A stretch of 64,000 nt of DNA from Candidatus Andersenbacteria bacterium RIFCSPHIGHO2_02_FULL_46_16 (lineage in GTDB: Bacteria; Patescibacteriota; Andersenbacteria; UBA10190), in assembly GCA_001817065.1 (NCBI GenBank), contig MHHQ01000029.1, forward strand, positions 4,049 through 68,048, read 5' to 3'. A model generated the notes under the pieces. The model saw only the letters and a list, made by a program, of their open reading frames with translations, was not told the DNA's origin and did no database searches. Every line of letters starts with the position of its first letter. Positions within the stretch are counted from its first letter, which is position 1. Position numbers and translations under genes: made by a program. Below, one piece after another: positions 1-10,246 of this stretch.

Positions 1-85
1 TCTTCGTTCTTCCTTGTTTCTTCTTCAATATTAGCTATATATTCTTTCATAAAAAATGTTCATTAATTATCTACTGCCAACCCTA

Positions 86-1183
86 TTAACTAGTTTGCCT
101 CCATTGACGCCATACGCCAGTCGCTCTTTCCACCAACGCTTGCCATTTCGCTCGTGCCACATAGGGCAAAAACAGCAGGTACTGCCAAATATGTCTCAAT
201 ATATATTTCTGCACCAGTGAATGATCTAGCACCGAGCAATATTGCAGACAATCATTGCATGGATAAGGTATCTTTCCCGCCAGCCACTGTTGCCGCAATC
301 CCTTAACTTTTTCTCCTTGCCAAATCTCCTTAAAACTCTTTTCGTTAATATTTCCTACCATTAGATCAAAATTAGTGTCTCTCGCCCAGCACATCCCCAC
401 TTCACCCGACGGACCAACTACCAAACCGTTATAGAACTGCGCGCACGGCCAAGTATTATTCTTTTTCTTTTTAAACTTCTGCCCTTTCGGCAAATCCTCC
501 TGGGTGACCATCCCAGACCAGTTATCATAATCGTCATTCAAAACATTAATCTTGCTCGTATACCTTAGCATCTTTTGATAGTAAGGACTCTTCGCTAAAT
601 CAAATCCCTTGTCATGTCGCAGCCAAATACTAACATTCAAAGGATTATCTAACTTTTGGTTAGCTTCCAGTAACGTTAAAATATTTTTCATCGCTTGGTC
701 GAAACGATCCACCCCGTATATCCGTTTATAATCCTCCCGCCCCTGCAAACAAGTTGATATCATTAACTGGGTTAATCCGCTATTTACTATATCATCTGCT
801 TTCTCATAATTCGCCCCGATCATATTGGAAAACGTATAGATAACCTTGAAATAGTTGAGCGACTTCGCATATTTAACCTTTTCCAAAAATCCCGGATCAA
901 CAAAAGGGTCACCGATGATCGGGGTAAACTTTAACTCCCGGCACCCAATCTCCATAATTTGCGCCAATGTTTTCTTGTACTGCTCAAAATTCATTATCTT
1001 TCTCTCTCGCTTGCAGTCTTTATTGGCACAAAAAGAACATAATGCATTACATGCATTAGTCGGTTCAACACATACTCTCAGCGGCTCCTTCTCCAGCTCT
1101 TCTAATAATTTAGGCAATTTCTTTCTAATTGATTCGTCAAACATAGTCATACCAACATAATCCAAACCAAAAATTCTTACCAC
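86..1183 (-). CDS. radical SAM / SPASM-domain protein
   Basis: N-terminal CxxxCxxC cluster (CNALCSFC) typical of radical SAM. C-terminal Cys-rich SPASM-like region (CWARD...CNDCLQYC). Confidence 0.75.
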   Translation of the reverse strand: MVRIFGLDYVGMTMFDESIRKKLPKLLEELEKEPLRVCVEPTNACNALCSFCANKDCKRERKIMNFEQYKKTLAQIMEIGCRELKFTPIIGDPFVDPGFLEKVKYAKSLNYFKVIYTFSNMIGANYEKADDIVNSGLTQLMISTCLQGREDYKRIYGVDRFDQAMKNILTLLEANQKLDNPLNVSIWLRHDKGFDLAKSPYYQKMLRYTSKINVLNDDYDNWSGMVTQEDLPKGQKFKKKKNNTWPCAQFYNGLVVGPSGEVGMCWARDTNFDLMVGNINEKSFKEIWQGEKVKGLRQQWLAGKIPYPCNDCLQYCSVLDHSLVQKYILRHIWQYLLFLPYVARAKWQALVERATGVWRQWRQTS

Positions 1184-1272
1184 TCTACTTTCTCCTTTTC
1201 TTCGGCTTCACCAATATTGCCTTCACTAACCTAAGACTCCTTAAGGCTTACCGATGTTTTCATCTCATACCC

Positions 1273-1695
1273 TTATCGGATCGTCATCAAAATCGCACCC
1301 ACCGTGATTAAGCCAGCCCCCATCGCCGTCTTCCAAGTCAGCTGTTCCGCTAGAAAAAGCACCGCGAACACCAACACGAACACTACGCTCAGCCGATCTA
1401 CCGCTACTACTCCCGACGCTGGACCTGTCCGCAACGCCACAAAATACATCAGCCACGACAACGCTCCCGCTATCCCTGACAAAGTAATAAATAGCAACGC
1501 TTTATTATCAATGGAGGATAAATACTTCACCTTGCCCAGCATTAATGCTGTGATCAGCAAAAATCCCGCCATAATGACCGATCGCACGGTTGTCGCCAAG
1601 GTTGAATCGATGTCCTTGATCCCCACCTTACCAAAAATGGCCACTAATCCCGCAAAGGCCGCTGACAAAAGCGCATAAATGATCCATCCTGCCAT
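1273..1695 (-). CDS. EamA/DMT-family small membrane transporter
   Basis: 140 aa with four predicted TM helices. EamA-like N-terminus (LSAAFAGLVAIFGK). Only 89 nt upstream of the rSAM gene on the same strand. Confidence 0.55.
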   Translation of the reverse strand: MAGWIIYALLSAAFAGLVAIFGKVGIKDIDSTLATTVRSVIMAGFLLITALMLGKVKYLSSIDNKALLFITLSGIAGALSWLMYFVALRTGPASGVVAVDRLSVVFVLVFAVLFLAEQLTWKTAMGAGLITVGAILMTIR

Positions 1696-1830
1696 ATTTA
1701 CAGTATAAAATAAATCAACTAATTATCTAAATTTCTCATACTCCTTAAAAAGCTCCGGCCTATCGTCCTCCCTCTTCACCCCGCCTAGCTCTACTACTGA
1801 CTTATTAGCAATCACGGTACTATACACACC

Positions 1831-2412
1831 ATGCCATATCTATCATCTTTAAACGCCTCTCTTCTTGTTTCGTTTGGTTATGGTCTGTTCTTTCCAGCCG
1901 TCATCATCGAGGGACCAATCGCTACTCTTATTACTGGCCTATTAGTTGCTAATGGACAGTTAAATTTTTTAGTTAGCTATCTAATAATTATCTCCGCGGA
2001 CACGGCAGCTGACCTAACGTATTATGCCATCGGTGCCTTCGGTGAAGCAGGCATTGCCCAGCATATTAAAACACGGCTCGGCCTTACTCCTGATCGACTC
2101 TCAAGCCTTAAAAATCTATTTTATCGGCACAGCGCTAAGACTTTCCTGACCGGAAAAATATTGCATGGACCCGGAGTGTTTATCCTTATCGCCGCCGGTG
2201 CCGCCCATGTCTCTTTGTTGCGTTTCTTCCTCTACAATTTTTTCATTACACTAATAAAATCCTTGCTTTTATTGCTCGCCGGTTATTATTTCGGTCAAGC
2301 CCTTGGCTTCCTGCAACGCTGGCTGGATCTATCCTCTCTACTTGCTAGCGGAATTGTTATAATAGTCATTGTCACTATATTAATCTGCCGTCACCGACAC
2401 AAAAAAATATGA
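1831..2412 (+). CDS. DedA/TVP38-family membrane protein
   Basis: Polytopic membrane protein with DedA-like core (FPAVIIEGPIATLITGLLV...TYYAIG). Its stop overlaps the start of the next gene. Confidence 0.55.
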   Translation: MPYLSSLNASLLVSFGYGLFFPAVIIEGPIATLITGLLVANGQLNFLVSYLIIISADTAADLTYYAIGAFGEAGIAQHIKTRLGLTPDRLSSLKNLFYRHSAKTFLTGKILHGPGVFILIAAGAAHVSLLRFFLYNFFITLIKSLLLLLAGYYFGQALGFLQRWLDLSSLLASGIVIIVIVTILICRHRHKKI

Positions 2413-3584
2413 GAGTTCTAATCGTAACCGACACGTACCCGCCGCACGTTAATGGCGCCGCTTATTTCACGTATCGTTTAGCCCAACGCCTGACCGAGCA
2501 CTCTCACCAAGTCGAGGTCATTGCCCCTTCCCGATCAGGTCGCCAAGAAAAATACTTACAGGACAAAGTCACCACGCTCGGCATACGTTCAGTTCCTTTG
2601 TATATCAATAATATGCGCATCGCCATGCCACGACTCGATCAAAGGACTATTACCTCAGCCATTCGCCAATTCCAGCCAGACATCATTCACGCCCAAGGCC
2701 ATTTTTGGCTTTCCCGGGCAGTCGTTCGTCAAGCAAAAAAATCCCATATTCCCATCGTGGGAACAAACCATTTCATGCCAGATAACCTCACTCACTACCT
2801 ACACCTTCCCCCGACCGTAGTGGCACGCCTCAACGCCAAATTGTGGCAACAATGCATCGCCTACTTTCTTTCATTAGACGCAGTCACCACGCCTACCCAA
2901 ACAGCTGCTAATCTCCTTACTGAACACGGTTTTACCAAACCCGTCCAAGTTATTTCCAACGGCATTGATTTGGAAAAATTTAATCCTAACTACGATACCC
3001 AAGCCCTTAGAAAAAAATACCGTCTGCCCAAGTTGCCCATTGTCTTAACAGTCGGCCGTCTTGATAAAGAAAAAAATATCGACACAATCCTTCACGCCCA
3101 AGCACAAGTGCTTCCTATCCACCCCCTACATCTAATTGTCGCTGGCTCTAAAAATGGCAGCGCTACTCATCATTTACATCAACTTGCTCAGCAATTAAAA
3201 CTCGACCAGTTCGTCACTTTTACCGGTTTTGTTCCCGCTCAAGATCTGCCCGCCTTATACTGCTCGGCCCAAATATTCGTCATAGCCAGTACCGCTGAAC
3301 TGCAAAGCATCGCCACTATGGAGGCAATGGCCTGCAGTCTTCCCATTGTCGCTGCCAATGCAGTAGCTCTTCCCGAGCTAGTTATTGATAACGAAAACGG
3401 CTTGTTATTTTCACCCCATGACCACGAGCAGTTAGCCCGCCATCTGCTTCGCCTGCTAATTGATAAACCCCTGCTGCAAAACATGGGCCAAGCTAGTCAT
3501 CAACGTATTCAAAACCACGCCATTGATACTGCCATTCAACAATTCATTGATCTATATACAAATCTCAGTAAAAAGCCATCGTAA
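2409..3584 (+). CDS. glycosyltransferase family 4
   Basis: GT4 N-domain (VTDTYPPHVNGAAY) and C-terminal E..EAMACSLPIVA.NAVALPELV motif. Confidence 0.8.
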   Translation: MRVLIVTDTYPPHVNGAAYFTYRLAQRLTEHSHQVEVIAPSRSGRQEKYLQDKVTTLGIRSVPLYINNMRIAMPRLDQRTITSAIRQFQPDIIHAQGHFWLSRAVVRQAKKSHIPIVGTNHFMPDNLTHYLHLPPTVVARLNAKLWQQCIAYFLSLDAVTTPTQTAANLLTEHGFTKPVQVISNGIDLEKFNPNYDTQALRKKYRLPKLPIVLTVGRLDKEKNIDTILHAQAQVLPIHPLHLIVAGSKNGSATHHLHQLAQQLKLDQFVTFTGFVPAQDLPALYCSAQIFVIASTAELQSIATMEAMACSLPIVAANAVALPELVIDNENGLLFSPHDHEQLARHLLRLLIDKPLLQNMGQASHQRIQNHAIDTAIQQFIDLYTNLSKKPS

Positions 3585-3631
3585 TCGCCAAACACCTTGC
3601 CCTCAGACAAACCAGAGGCAACTACTTTTTC

Positions 3632-5848
3632 CTATTTTTTTACCTTATAGACCATCGCTTCCTCTTCGGTGTATCCGCTACTAAACTTTTCCATAAACTC
3701 AAAATCATCCGGGTGCCGTTCTATAATATCAAACACCGGTTGAGCAGTTGTCTCGATGATATAAATAATATTAAATGCCTTCAGCCAGCCGTAAATTTCC
3801 TCATCTGTTAAATCCTCCATATTCTCTGCCCATTCAATCGGGAAAATTCTGGTCCGCTCCAATGTTAAATACACTCGCGCCGGCAAATCACTTTCCTCCA
3901 CAACAGCCACATTTCCCGGCAAATCTAATAAGTATTTACTTGCTTGTATTATAACCGTGTGGTTGCCAGATTTTTCATTAAAGCCGCTTATCGTCCCCGG
4001 CATCGCCCGCGCACTGTCCAAATATATCAACATAGAGAAAACCCCAACCAATAAAACTGTGCCGACTCTGCTGACATAAGAACGCCGCCAATCGCCGATA
4101 ATCCAGAGGCCAAATATAACCCCCGCGCACAAGAAAGGAATAAGTTGCAAATAATATCTCGATTTCGGCAATATCATGGTTATCACCAATACTTGGCCAA
4201 TCAGCATCAGGCCCACAGGTATACTAAATTTCGGTTTAATCACGAGGGTTGCTCCCCAGCCAATCCCCGTCAGTGCTGTCAAAACCATTGTCAGATATTT
4301 GTAGCTCTCCCGCGAACTTTCTATCAATACAACTATTAAAATCAGCAACAAAATATAAGGCATAAATCTCACCAGTCTGCCATAGAACCGGAATTGATTC
4401 CGGTGTAAAAAACCCAAGATTAATCCAATCGAAAGACCCCCCGCCAGCCACCACAACTGTTCCCCCACTGCCTCCACCAAAATCCAATTTCTTCCTAAAA
4501 ACAATTCCAAACCCTTCAAGTTCCCTACAAAATCGCCCCAAGAATAAGCCAATTTCAATCCTCCATCACCCGCAATATCCGACATGGTTCGCATACCAGT
4601 TTCCCCCGTTATCGGCCAGAAGACAAAAGGAATAGCCACTAATGCTAACGCCGGCCAACCGGTATAAATAATTGTTTTAATATTTAATCGATGCCAAATC
4701 CACACGGCCGGCAGCAGCACTGCCGCCACCGCCCCTCCCTCCCAGCGCGTTAAAGTTGTTAGTCCCACCAATACCCCAACTAAATATCTGCCATATTTTT
4801 TGCGTTGTAACATAAAAGCATACACTGCTCCCAAAATTAGCGCGGCATACAACGTATTTGCCAAACCATGTACCGACTCCCACCAAAAATTCCTATTAAC
4901 AGCCAGCAACAATCCCGCCCCAATGGCCAGTTGCCGCGGTACCTGCAAAAACATTAACAATCGAGGTAGCATCACCACTGCTCCCACCCCCGCTATGATA
5001 CTAATAATTCTGCCCCACACGATCGGATCAATCACCCCTAGCCATGCTGGTAATAATAATAAGGGTAAAAACGGCGCCTTTCTTCTAAATTCCTCCGCAA
5101 ATGGATTAGCTCCATCAAGCCAAGCCCGGCTTTGAATTAAATAGTTAAAAGCATCTCCGCCAAAAACACTTTCCACCTGCACTGCTGTCCGCAGTCTCAC
5201 TAGCAATGCAATTATGGCCAATCCGATTATAAGCCAAGTAGTGACGCTCAATCTAAATATATTTCTTTGGCTGCTAGCCAAACTTAAAATAAACGCCACC
5301 AAACTTCCGCCCGCGACAACCAGCATCACCCTAAATGATCTCTCCTGATGATCCTTCGTCCAAATCACTATTCTCTGCGCTACTGTCACCTTCTCCACCA
5401 ATCCCAGCGCTACCCGGCCGCTTTCCTTTTCAAAACGCAGTCCCATCGGATTCTTCACTTGCGCCTGCGGTGCCTTAAATTCAATTACCACCTCGCCGCG
5501 GCGATCCACTCCATCAGACAACGCAGTCCAGACAAAACTATCATCCGCCGCCTGTTCTAAAATAATTTCTCCCCGAGACATCACTTCTCCATCTAACGTC
5601 TTCACTGTCACTGCCACCGGTTTCATGTTTTGGGAGCGACGAAAATCTACTACGATTGCTCCAATACCCACCAACTCATGCTCTATTTGTACTACTTGCT
5701 TTTGTGTCCTATCTCCATACAAAACATAATGCGCCTCATAAACATCCGTTCCTTCGCTCACTATCCGATAATATTTCACCGGCATCAATAATAAAAGAAT
5801 AGCCCCACAGCCTATTCCTAGCCCTATCAACCATTTTATCCATTTCAT
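3632..5848 (-). CDS. large polytopic membrane protein, putative GT-C-like glycosyltransferase
   Basis: 738 aa. N-terminal TM, soluble domain of about 150 aa, then more than ten TM helices. Architecture resembles YfhO/ArnT-type membrane glycosyltransferases. The function is an inference. Confidence 0.4.
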   Translation of the reverse strand: MKWIKWLIGLGIGCGAILLLLMPVKYYRIVSEGTDVYEAHYVLYGDRTQKQVVQIEHELVGIGAIVVDFRRSQNMKPVAVTVKTLDGEVMSRGEIILEQAADDSFVWTALSDGVDRRGEVVIEFKAPQAQVKNPMGLRFEKESGRVALGLVEKVTVAQRIVIWTKDHQERSFRVMLVVAGGSLVAFILSLASSQRNIFRLSVTTWLIIGLAIIALLVRLRTAVQVESVFGGDAFNYLIQSRAWLDGANPFAEEFRRKAPFLPLLLLPAWLGVIDPIVWGRIISIIAGVGAVVMLPRLLMFLQVPRQLAIGAGLLLAVNRNFWWESVHGLANTLYAALILGAVYAFMLQRKKYGRYLVGVLVGLTTLTRWEGGAVAAVLLPAVWIWHRLNIKTIIYTGWPALALVAIPFVFWPITGETGMRTMSDIAGDGGLKLAYSWGDFVGNLKGLELFLGRNWILVEAVGEQLWWLAGGLSIGLILGFLHRNQFRFYGRLVRFMPYILLLILIVVLIESSRESYKYLTMVLTALTGIGWGATLVIKPKFSIPVGLMLIGQVLVITMILPKSRYYLQLIPFLCAGVIFGLWIIGDWRRSYVSRVGTVLLVGVFSMLIYLDSARAMPGTISGFNEKSGNHTVIIQASKYLLDLPGNVAVVEESDLPARVYLTLERTRIFPIEWAENMEDLTDEEIYGWLKAFNIIYIIETTAQPVFDIIERHPDDFEFMEKFSSGYTEEEAMVYKVKK

Positions 5849-6039
5849 GTCTTTACCTTAGCAAAGGTGATAAATTTTCACGACCCCTAATTCGCAGACA
5901 TAAAAACATCCACTCGCCGCTTCCCCCTTTACTTCACCTCACATTATTTGTCACCCTTGAATAATTAACCACCAGACGCCAAACTATCTTCCCACCACGT
6001 AAGTTAACTTCCTGTCCCCTCCCCACGCCCATCCACCAC

Positions 6040-6065
6040 ATTACGATATTACATAATATCGTAAT
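6040..6065. promoter_or_regulatory. perfect 12-bp-arm palindrome ATTACGATATTA-cat-TAATATCGTAAT
   Basis: Seen directly in the intergenic region upstream of the 3632..5848 gene. Candidate operator or hairpin. Confidence 0.35.
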
Positions 6066-6107
6066 AAAATATTTGCACCTCGTCCCAGCATTTTCACGCC
6101 ATTAATT

Positions 6108-6131
6108 AAAAAAGGCAGTCATCCTGACTGC
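6108..6131 (-). terminator. rho-independent terminator (minus strand)
   Basis: Reverse complement reads GCAGTCAGGATGACTGC followed by TTTTTT. Confidence 0.5.
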
Positions 6132-6210
6132 TAAGACCGCCATAAACTACTTCACTCGAAACAGCATCCATTATGCCTTACCTTTCACGCTAGCCTATTT
6201 ATGTTATTAA

Positions 6211-6234
6211 GAAAAAAGGATCAATAACTGATCC
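6211..6234 (-). terminator. rho-independent terminator (minus strand)
   Basis: Reverse complement reads GGATCAGTTATTGATCC followed by TTTTTTCTT. Lies 39 nt after the stop of the 6273..6521 ORF. Confidence 0.55.
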
Positions 6235-6272
6235 CAAGCGATACGTCACTAGACCACCTGCTTGTACTCACA

Positions 6273-6521
6273 CTATTCGTCTTCGTGTCCCATTACCTTG
6301 CCTGCAACCGCACTCCAGTTCTCCAATTCTTGAGCGACAATTGCGTCCGATAATTCCAGTTCATCCTCCCGTGCTATTTCTTCTCGTACCTCTGCAAGCA
6401 TCGTTGACTTCTTTGCCCCCCGCAGCAGTTCATCAACCGTCACATATTTCACAACTTTTTTCTTGTCACTCACGAGAACCCCTCCAACATAATGTGGAAA
6501 CATCACAAAACAACTCGACAC
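6273..6521 (-). CDS. hypothetical small acidic protein
   Basis: ORF with tandem terminators downstream. No recognisable domain. The true start may be an internal Met. Confidence 0.3.
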   Translation of the reverse strand: MSSCFVMFPHYVGGVLVSDKKKVVKYVTVDELLRGAKKSTMLAEVREEIAREDELELSDAIVAQELENWSAVAGKVMGHEDE

Positions 6522-6684
6522 AATTCATATCGTACTCCCGCTCCAAGCGTTCATCAAATATATGTTTCTGATTCTATAATTTAGTATCATGTATTTGTTT
6601 CACCTGCCTGTCGTAGGTAGGCCTGCCCACAGAAGCTTCAGCAAAGAAGGGAATTTCTGCAATTCTAATTTCGTATTAGAATCT

Positions 6685-6740
6685 TTTGGCATTTGGATTT
6701 TGTGATTGATTTGTCATTTGGTTTTTGGCATTTGGATTTT
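6685..6740. repeat. direct repeats TTTTGGCATTTGGATTTT, two copies plus a degenerate middle copy
   Basis: Seen in the AT-rich intergenic region between the bipA 3' end and the 6273..6521 start. Confidence 0.5.
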
Positions 6741-6786
6741 AAAGGTCTATTTTTTATCTTTGGTTATGTTATATGGATTTATAAGT

Positions 6787-8598
6787 TTATGTTCTCTTCT
6801 TCGCTCTCTTTCTCTCGTTTTTAGTCAGATACATTTTTCTCAGCCGTAAGCTCTTTGGTGTCACTTCCAGCAACTCATCGTCCCCGAGATATTCAACAGC
6901 TTCTTCCAAACTCAGGTCCCGTGGTGAATGTAATCCTTCTGCCGCCCCGTCTCCCACTGCCCTCATATTAGAAAGTTTCTTTTCTTTACACACATTCACA
7001 TCGATATCCGTCGCCCGAGAATTTTGTCCCACAATCATACCTTCATACACTTTCACTCCCGGCTTAATAAACATAACCCCACGGCCTTGCGCTGCCACCA
7101 AACCATAGTGCGTGCTCACTCCTGCTTCATGCGCCACTAATGACCCGTGTTGCTGTATTTCAATGTCTCCCAGATAAGCCAAATATCCCTTAAACAATGT
7201 ATTGATGATACCCTCACCACGCGTATCCGTCAGGAACTCAGAGCGGTACCCGATCAAACCTCGTGTCGTTAACAAAAAATGCATCTTCGCTAAACCTTTT
7301 TCTACTTTCATGTCTTTCATCTCGCCCTTCCGTTTACCCATCTTTTCTATTACTGTCCCAGCCATCTTGTCCGGACACTCTATAAATACATCCTCGAACG
7401 GTTCCAGCTTTTTCCCATTCTCTTCCTTGAAAATAACTTGCGGCTTCCCCACTTCAAACTCATAGCCTTCGCGTAACATCTTCTCAATCAAAATTGCCAC
7501 GTGCAGTTCGCCCCGACCAAACACCGTGAATGAGGCATCTGACGCACTGTTTGCTTTCACCTTTAACGCCACATCCGCCAACACCTCACGCATCAATCGT
7601 GCCTTCAAATGCCTGGACGTCGAAAATTCCCCTTCCGTCCCGGATAAAGGAGAAGTGTTGACCGCAAAACTCATCTTCACTGTCGGTTCATCAATCATAA
7701 TGACCGGCAATTGCTGAGGATTTTCTGCATCAGCAATTGTCTCACCAATTTTTACCGACTCGATACCCGCGACCGCCACGATATCACCTGGCAAAGCATT
7801 ATCCGTCTCCACCCTACTCAGTCCATCAAAGGTCATGACACTCGTCAGTTTCGCCGGTTTAATCGTGCCTTCAGCCTCAATCCGCGCTACACTCTGGCCC
7901 TTCTTTAAACTGCCGCTAACCAGTGGGCCAATCGCAATTTGTCCTTTATACGAATCATATGCCACATTCACTACCAGCATCTGCATTGGACCTTCGCCAA
8001 TGTGCGGCGCTGGGATATATTCAATAATTGCATCAAACAGCGGCGCGACGCTTTCCATCTTATCCAAAGCCGGCTCGGTCCCAGCCTTGCCTTGTATGGC
8101 TGAAGCGTAAAGAACCGGAAAATCTGCCTGTTCATCTGTTGCTCCCAGATCCACAAATAATCCAAACGTTTGGTCCAACACCCATTCAACCCTGGCTTGC
8201 GGCACATCAATTTTATTAATAATAACTATCACCTTATGGCTTTTTTCCAGCGCTTTTTTTAACACAAACTTCGTCTGCGGCATCGGACCATCTTTCGCGT
8301 CTACCAATAGCAGCACACCATTGGCCATTGTCATAATTCGCTCGACTTCGCCTCCAAAATCAGCGTGGCCAGGCGTGTCAATGATATTAATTTTGCAGCC
8401 CTTGTACTGCACCGAAGCATTCTTGGAAAAAATTGTTATCCCGCGCTCCCGCTCCAGCTCATTCGAATCCATAATTAAATTTGTTCCATCGTCTTTTATG
8501 CGAAAGGATTCCGATTGACGCAGTAGTGCATCAACTAAAGTTGTTTTGCCATGGTCAACGTGAGCGATAATGGCAACATTCCTAATGTTAGGCTGCAT
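6787..8598 (-). CDS. typA: translational GTPase TypA/BipA
   Basis: N-terminal G domain (NVAIIAHVDHGKTTLVD, DTPGHADF, NKID). Full BipA length of 603 aa. Confidence 0.9.
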   Translation of the reverse strand: MQPNIRNVAIIAHVDHGKTTLVDALLRQSESFRIKDDGTNLIMDSNELERERGITIFSKNASVQYKGCKINIIDTPGHADFGGEVERIMTMANGVLLLVDAKDGPMPQTKFVLKKALEKSHKVIVIINKIDVPQARVEWVLDQTFGLFVDLGATDEQADFPVLYASAIQGKAGTEPALDKMESVAPLFDAIIEYIPAPHIGEGPMQMLVVNVAYDSYKGQIAIGPLVSGSLKKGQSVARIEAEGTIKPAKLTSVMTFDGLSRVETDNALPGDIVAVAGIESVKIGETIADAENPQQLPVIMIDEPTVKMSFAVNTSPLSGTEGEFSTSRHLKARLMREVLADVALKVKANSASDASFTVFGRGELHVAILIEKMLREGYEFEVGKPQVIFKEENGKKLEPFEDVFIECPDKMAGTVIEKMGKRKGEMKDMKVEKGLAKMHFLLTTRGLIGYRSEFLTDTRGEGIINTLFKGYLAYLGDIEIQQHGSLVAHEAGVSTHYGLVAAQGRGVMFIKPGVKVYEGMIVGQNSRATDIDVNVCKEKKLSNMRAVGDGAAEGLHSPRDLSLEEAVEYLGDDELLEVTPKSLRLRKMYLTKNERKRAKKRT

Positions 8599-8608
8599 AG
8601 TTTTGTCT

Positions 8609-10027
8609 TTAGGTATGAATACGCGCCAAATTATTTTGTCTCTTAGCCTGAGGCTTACTCGGTTTTACATAAGATGCATCCACTGACTTAACTGCTTGGC
8701 CTTGCCCCTGCGGTTTGTATCCGTGACCGCTATGCCTAGCTGGACGGTTATTTGACCATTTGCTCCCTTGGCGAGCTGCCCCACCTGACTGTCGCGGTCG
8801 TGCCCAACGTTCCGGTTTTGCCATAGCACCCCGGCTAAATCGGCCAGACTGCAGATTTGCACGCCACGGTTCATGCGGCAAAGTCCGATGCGCCGGCAAT
8901 TCTGGCAGCGGTGAAACTCTCAGCTGTTGACGGACTAAACGTTCTATCATCCGTACCTTCCCTTGCTGATCCGGCATAATAAAGGAAATAGCCCGTCCAA
9001 CTTTACCTGCTCGGCCGGTCCGTCCCACCCGATGCACATAATCATCCGGGCTGTCCGGTAAATCATAGTTCACCACTAACTCAATATTACTAACGTCTAT
9101 GCCGCGCGCGGCGATATCTGTTGCTACTAGCACCCGGTATCTACCTGATTTAAAACCTTCCATTGATTTCCGTCGCTGTCCCAGCGAAAGATTAGAATGA
9201 ATTTCTGCCACGCTATATTTCATATAATCCAAAGCGCGGCATAGCTTTCTTGCCCCGTGCTTAGTTCGAGAAAAGACCAATACTGTTCCCTTATATTCAT
9301 TAAGTAACTTTTCCAATAAACGAATTTTATCGTCTTTGCGAACCACAAAGAGCTCTTGATCAACTTGGGCTGCTACGGTTCCCGACCGCGCAATCTCAAT
9401 CCTGACCGGCAATTTCATGTGCTGAGCAGCAATCTTCACAATCTCCGGTGGCATCGTGGCGGAAAATAGCATCGTTTGTCGCTCCTTAGGAATCCGTTCT
9501 AAAATTTGCTTAATTTGTGGCGCAAAACCCATGTCCAACATTCGATCCGCTTCGTCCAGCACCAATACACCAACCCTGCTCAAACTTAGCCGTTTAGTTT
9601 GCAGATGATCAATCATCCGCCCTGGAGTCGCAATAATCACGTGCGGATTACGTCGGATCTGATCGACCTGTCGTGCCATCGATCCACCGCCAATTAAAAG
9701 TGTGTGCCGCAAACCGAGGCTTCTGCCTACCGCTAAGAACTGTTCCTCCACCTGGATCGCCAGTTCCCTCGTTGGAACAAGAATTAAGCCTTGCTTCTTC
9801 AGCTGGGAAATTTGTTGCAGCATCGGCAAAGCAAATGCCAATGTCTTGCCTGTCCCAGTTTGGGCAATGCCAATTACGTCCTTCCCCATTGTTGCTATCG
9901 GAATAGCCTTCAACTGAATTGGTGTAGGAGTATTAAATTTTAATCCGGCTAAGACTTTTAATAGTTTTGGAGAAACCCCCAAATCTTCAAAGGTAACGCC
10001 CTGCACTGAGAGTTTTGTTTCAGACAT
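8609..10027 (-). CDS. DEAD-box ATP-dependent RNA helicase with basic C-terminal tail
   Basis: Q-motif, AQTGTGKT, VLDEADRMLDMGF, SAT and HRVGRTGRAG motifs. Arg/Gly/Lys-rich C-terminus. Confidence 0.9.
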   Translation of the reverse strand: MSETKLSVQGVTFEDLGVSPKLLKVLAGLKFNTPTPIQLKAIPIATMGKDVIGIAQTGTGKTLAFALPMLQQISQLKKQGLILVPTRELAIQVEEQFLAVGRSLGLRHTLLIGGGSMARQVDQIRRNPHVIIATPGRMIDHLQTKRLSLSRVGVLVLDEADRMLDMGFAPQIKQILERIPKERQTMLFSATMPPEIVKIAAQHMKLPVRIEIARSGTVAAQVDQELFVVRKDDKIRLLEKLLNEYKGTVLVFSRTKHGARKLCRALDYMKYSVAEIHSNLSLGQRRKSMEGFKSGRYRVLVATDIAARGIDVSNIELVVNYDLPDSPDDYVHRVGRTGRAGKVGRAISFIMPDQQGKVRMIERLVRQQLRVSPLPELPAHRTLPHEPWRANLQSGRFSRGAMAKPERWARPRQSGGAARQGSKWSNNRPARHSGHGYKPQGQGQAVKSVDASYVKPSKPQAKRQNNLARIHT

Positions 10028-10246
10028 ATAATATATTTACATGACCCGGTTGCTGTTAGGTCACGTTATATGCCCAATGCTCGAGTCCATTACCTCACGC
10101 TAAATGCGTAAATCAAAGTAATTCCGTTATCCTAATACAAATACAGATTGATGTCAAGACACAATTTTAAAATCGGTATTAATAACCAAGTGACAGCCAG
10201 ATAAACCCCTACCCGTTACCCCCCAATTATTAACTAACGAGTCTAA

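Noticed and set aside
1-50. Partial minus-strand ORF starting at ATG 50-48 and running off the window start.
   Set aside because: Only about 16 codons are visible. Noted in a finding but too short to annotate.
855-1160. 101-aa plus-strand ORF inside the radical SAM gene.
   Set aside because: Antisense to a gene with clear rSAM/SPASM motifs.
6685-6740. Direct repeats TTTTGGCATTTGGATTTT as a possible CRISPR array.
   Set aside because: Only two or three copies with irregular short spacing of about 20 nt, AT-rich, and no cas genes. More likely promoter-region repeats.
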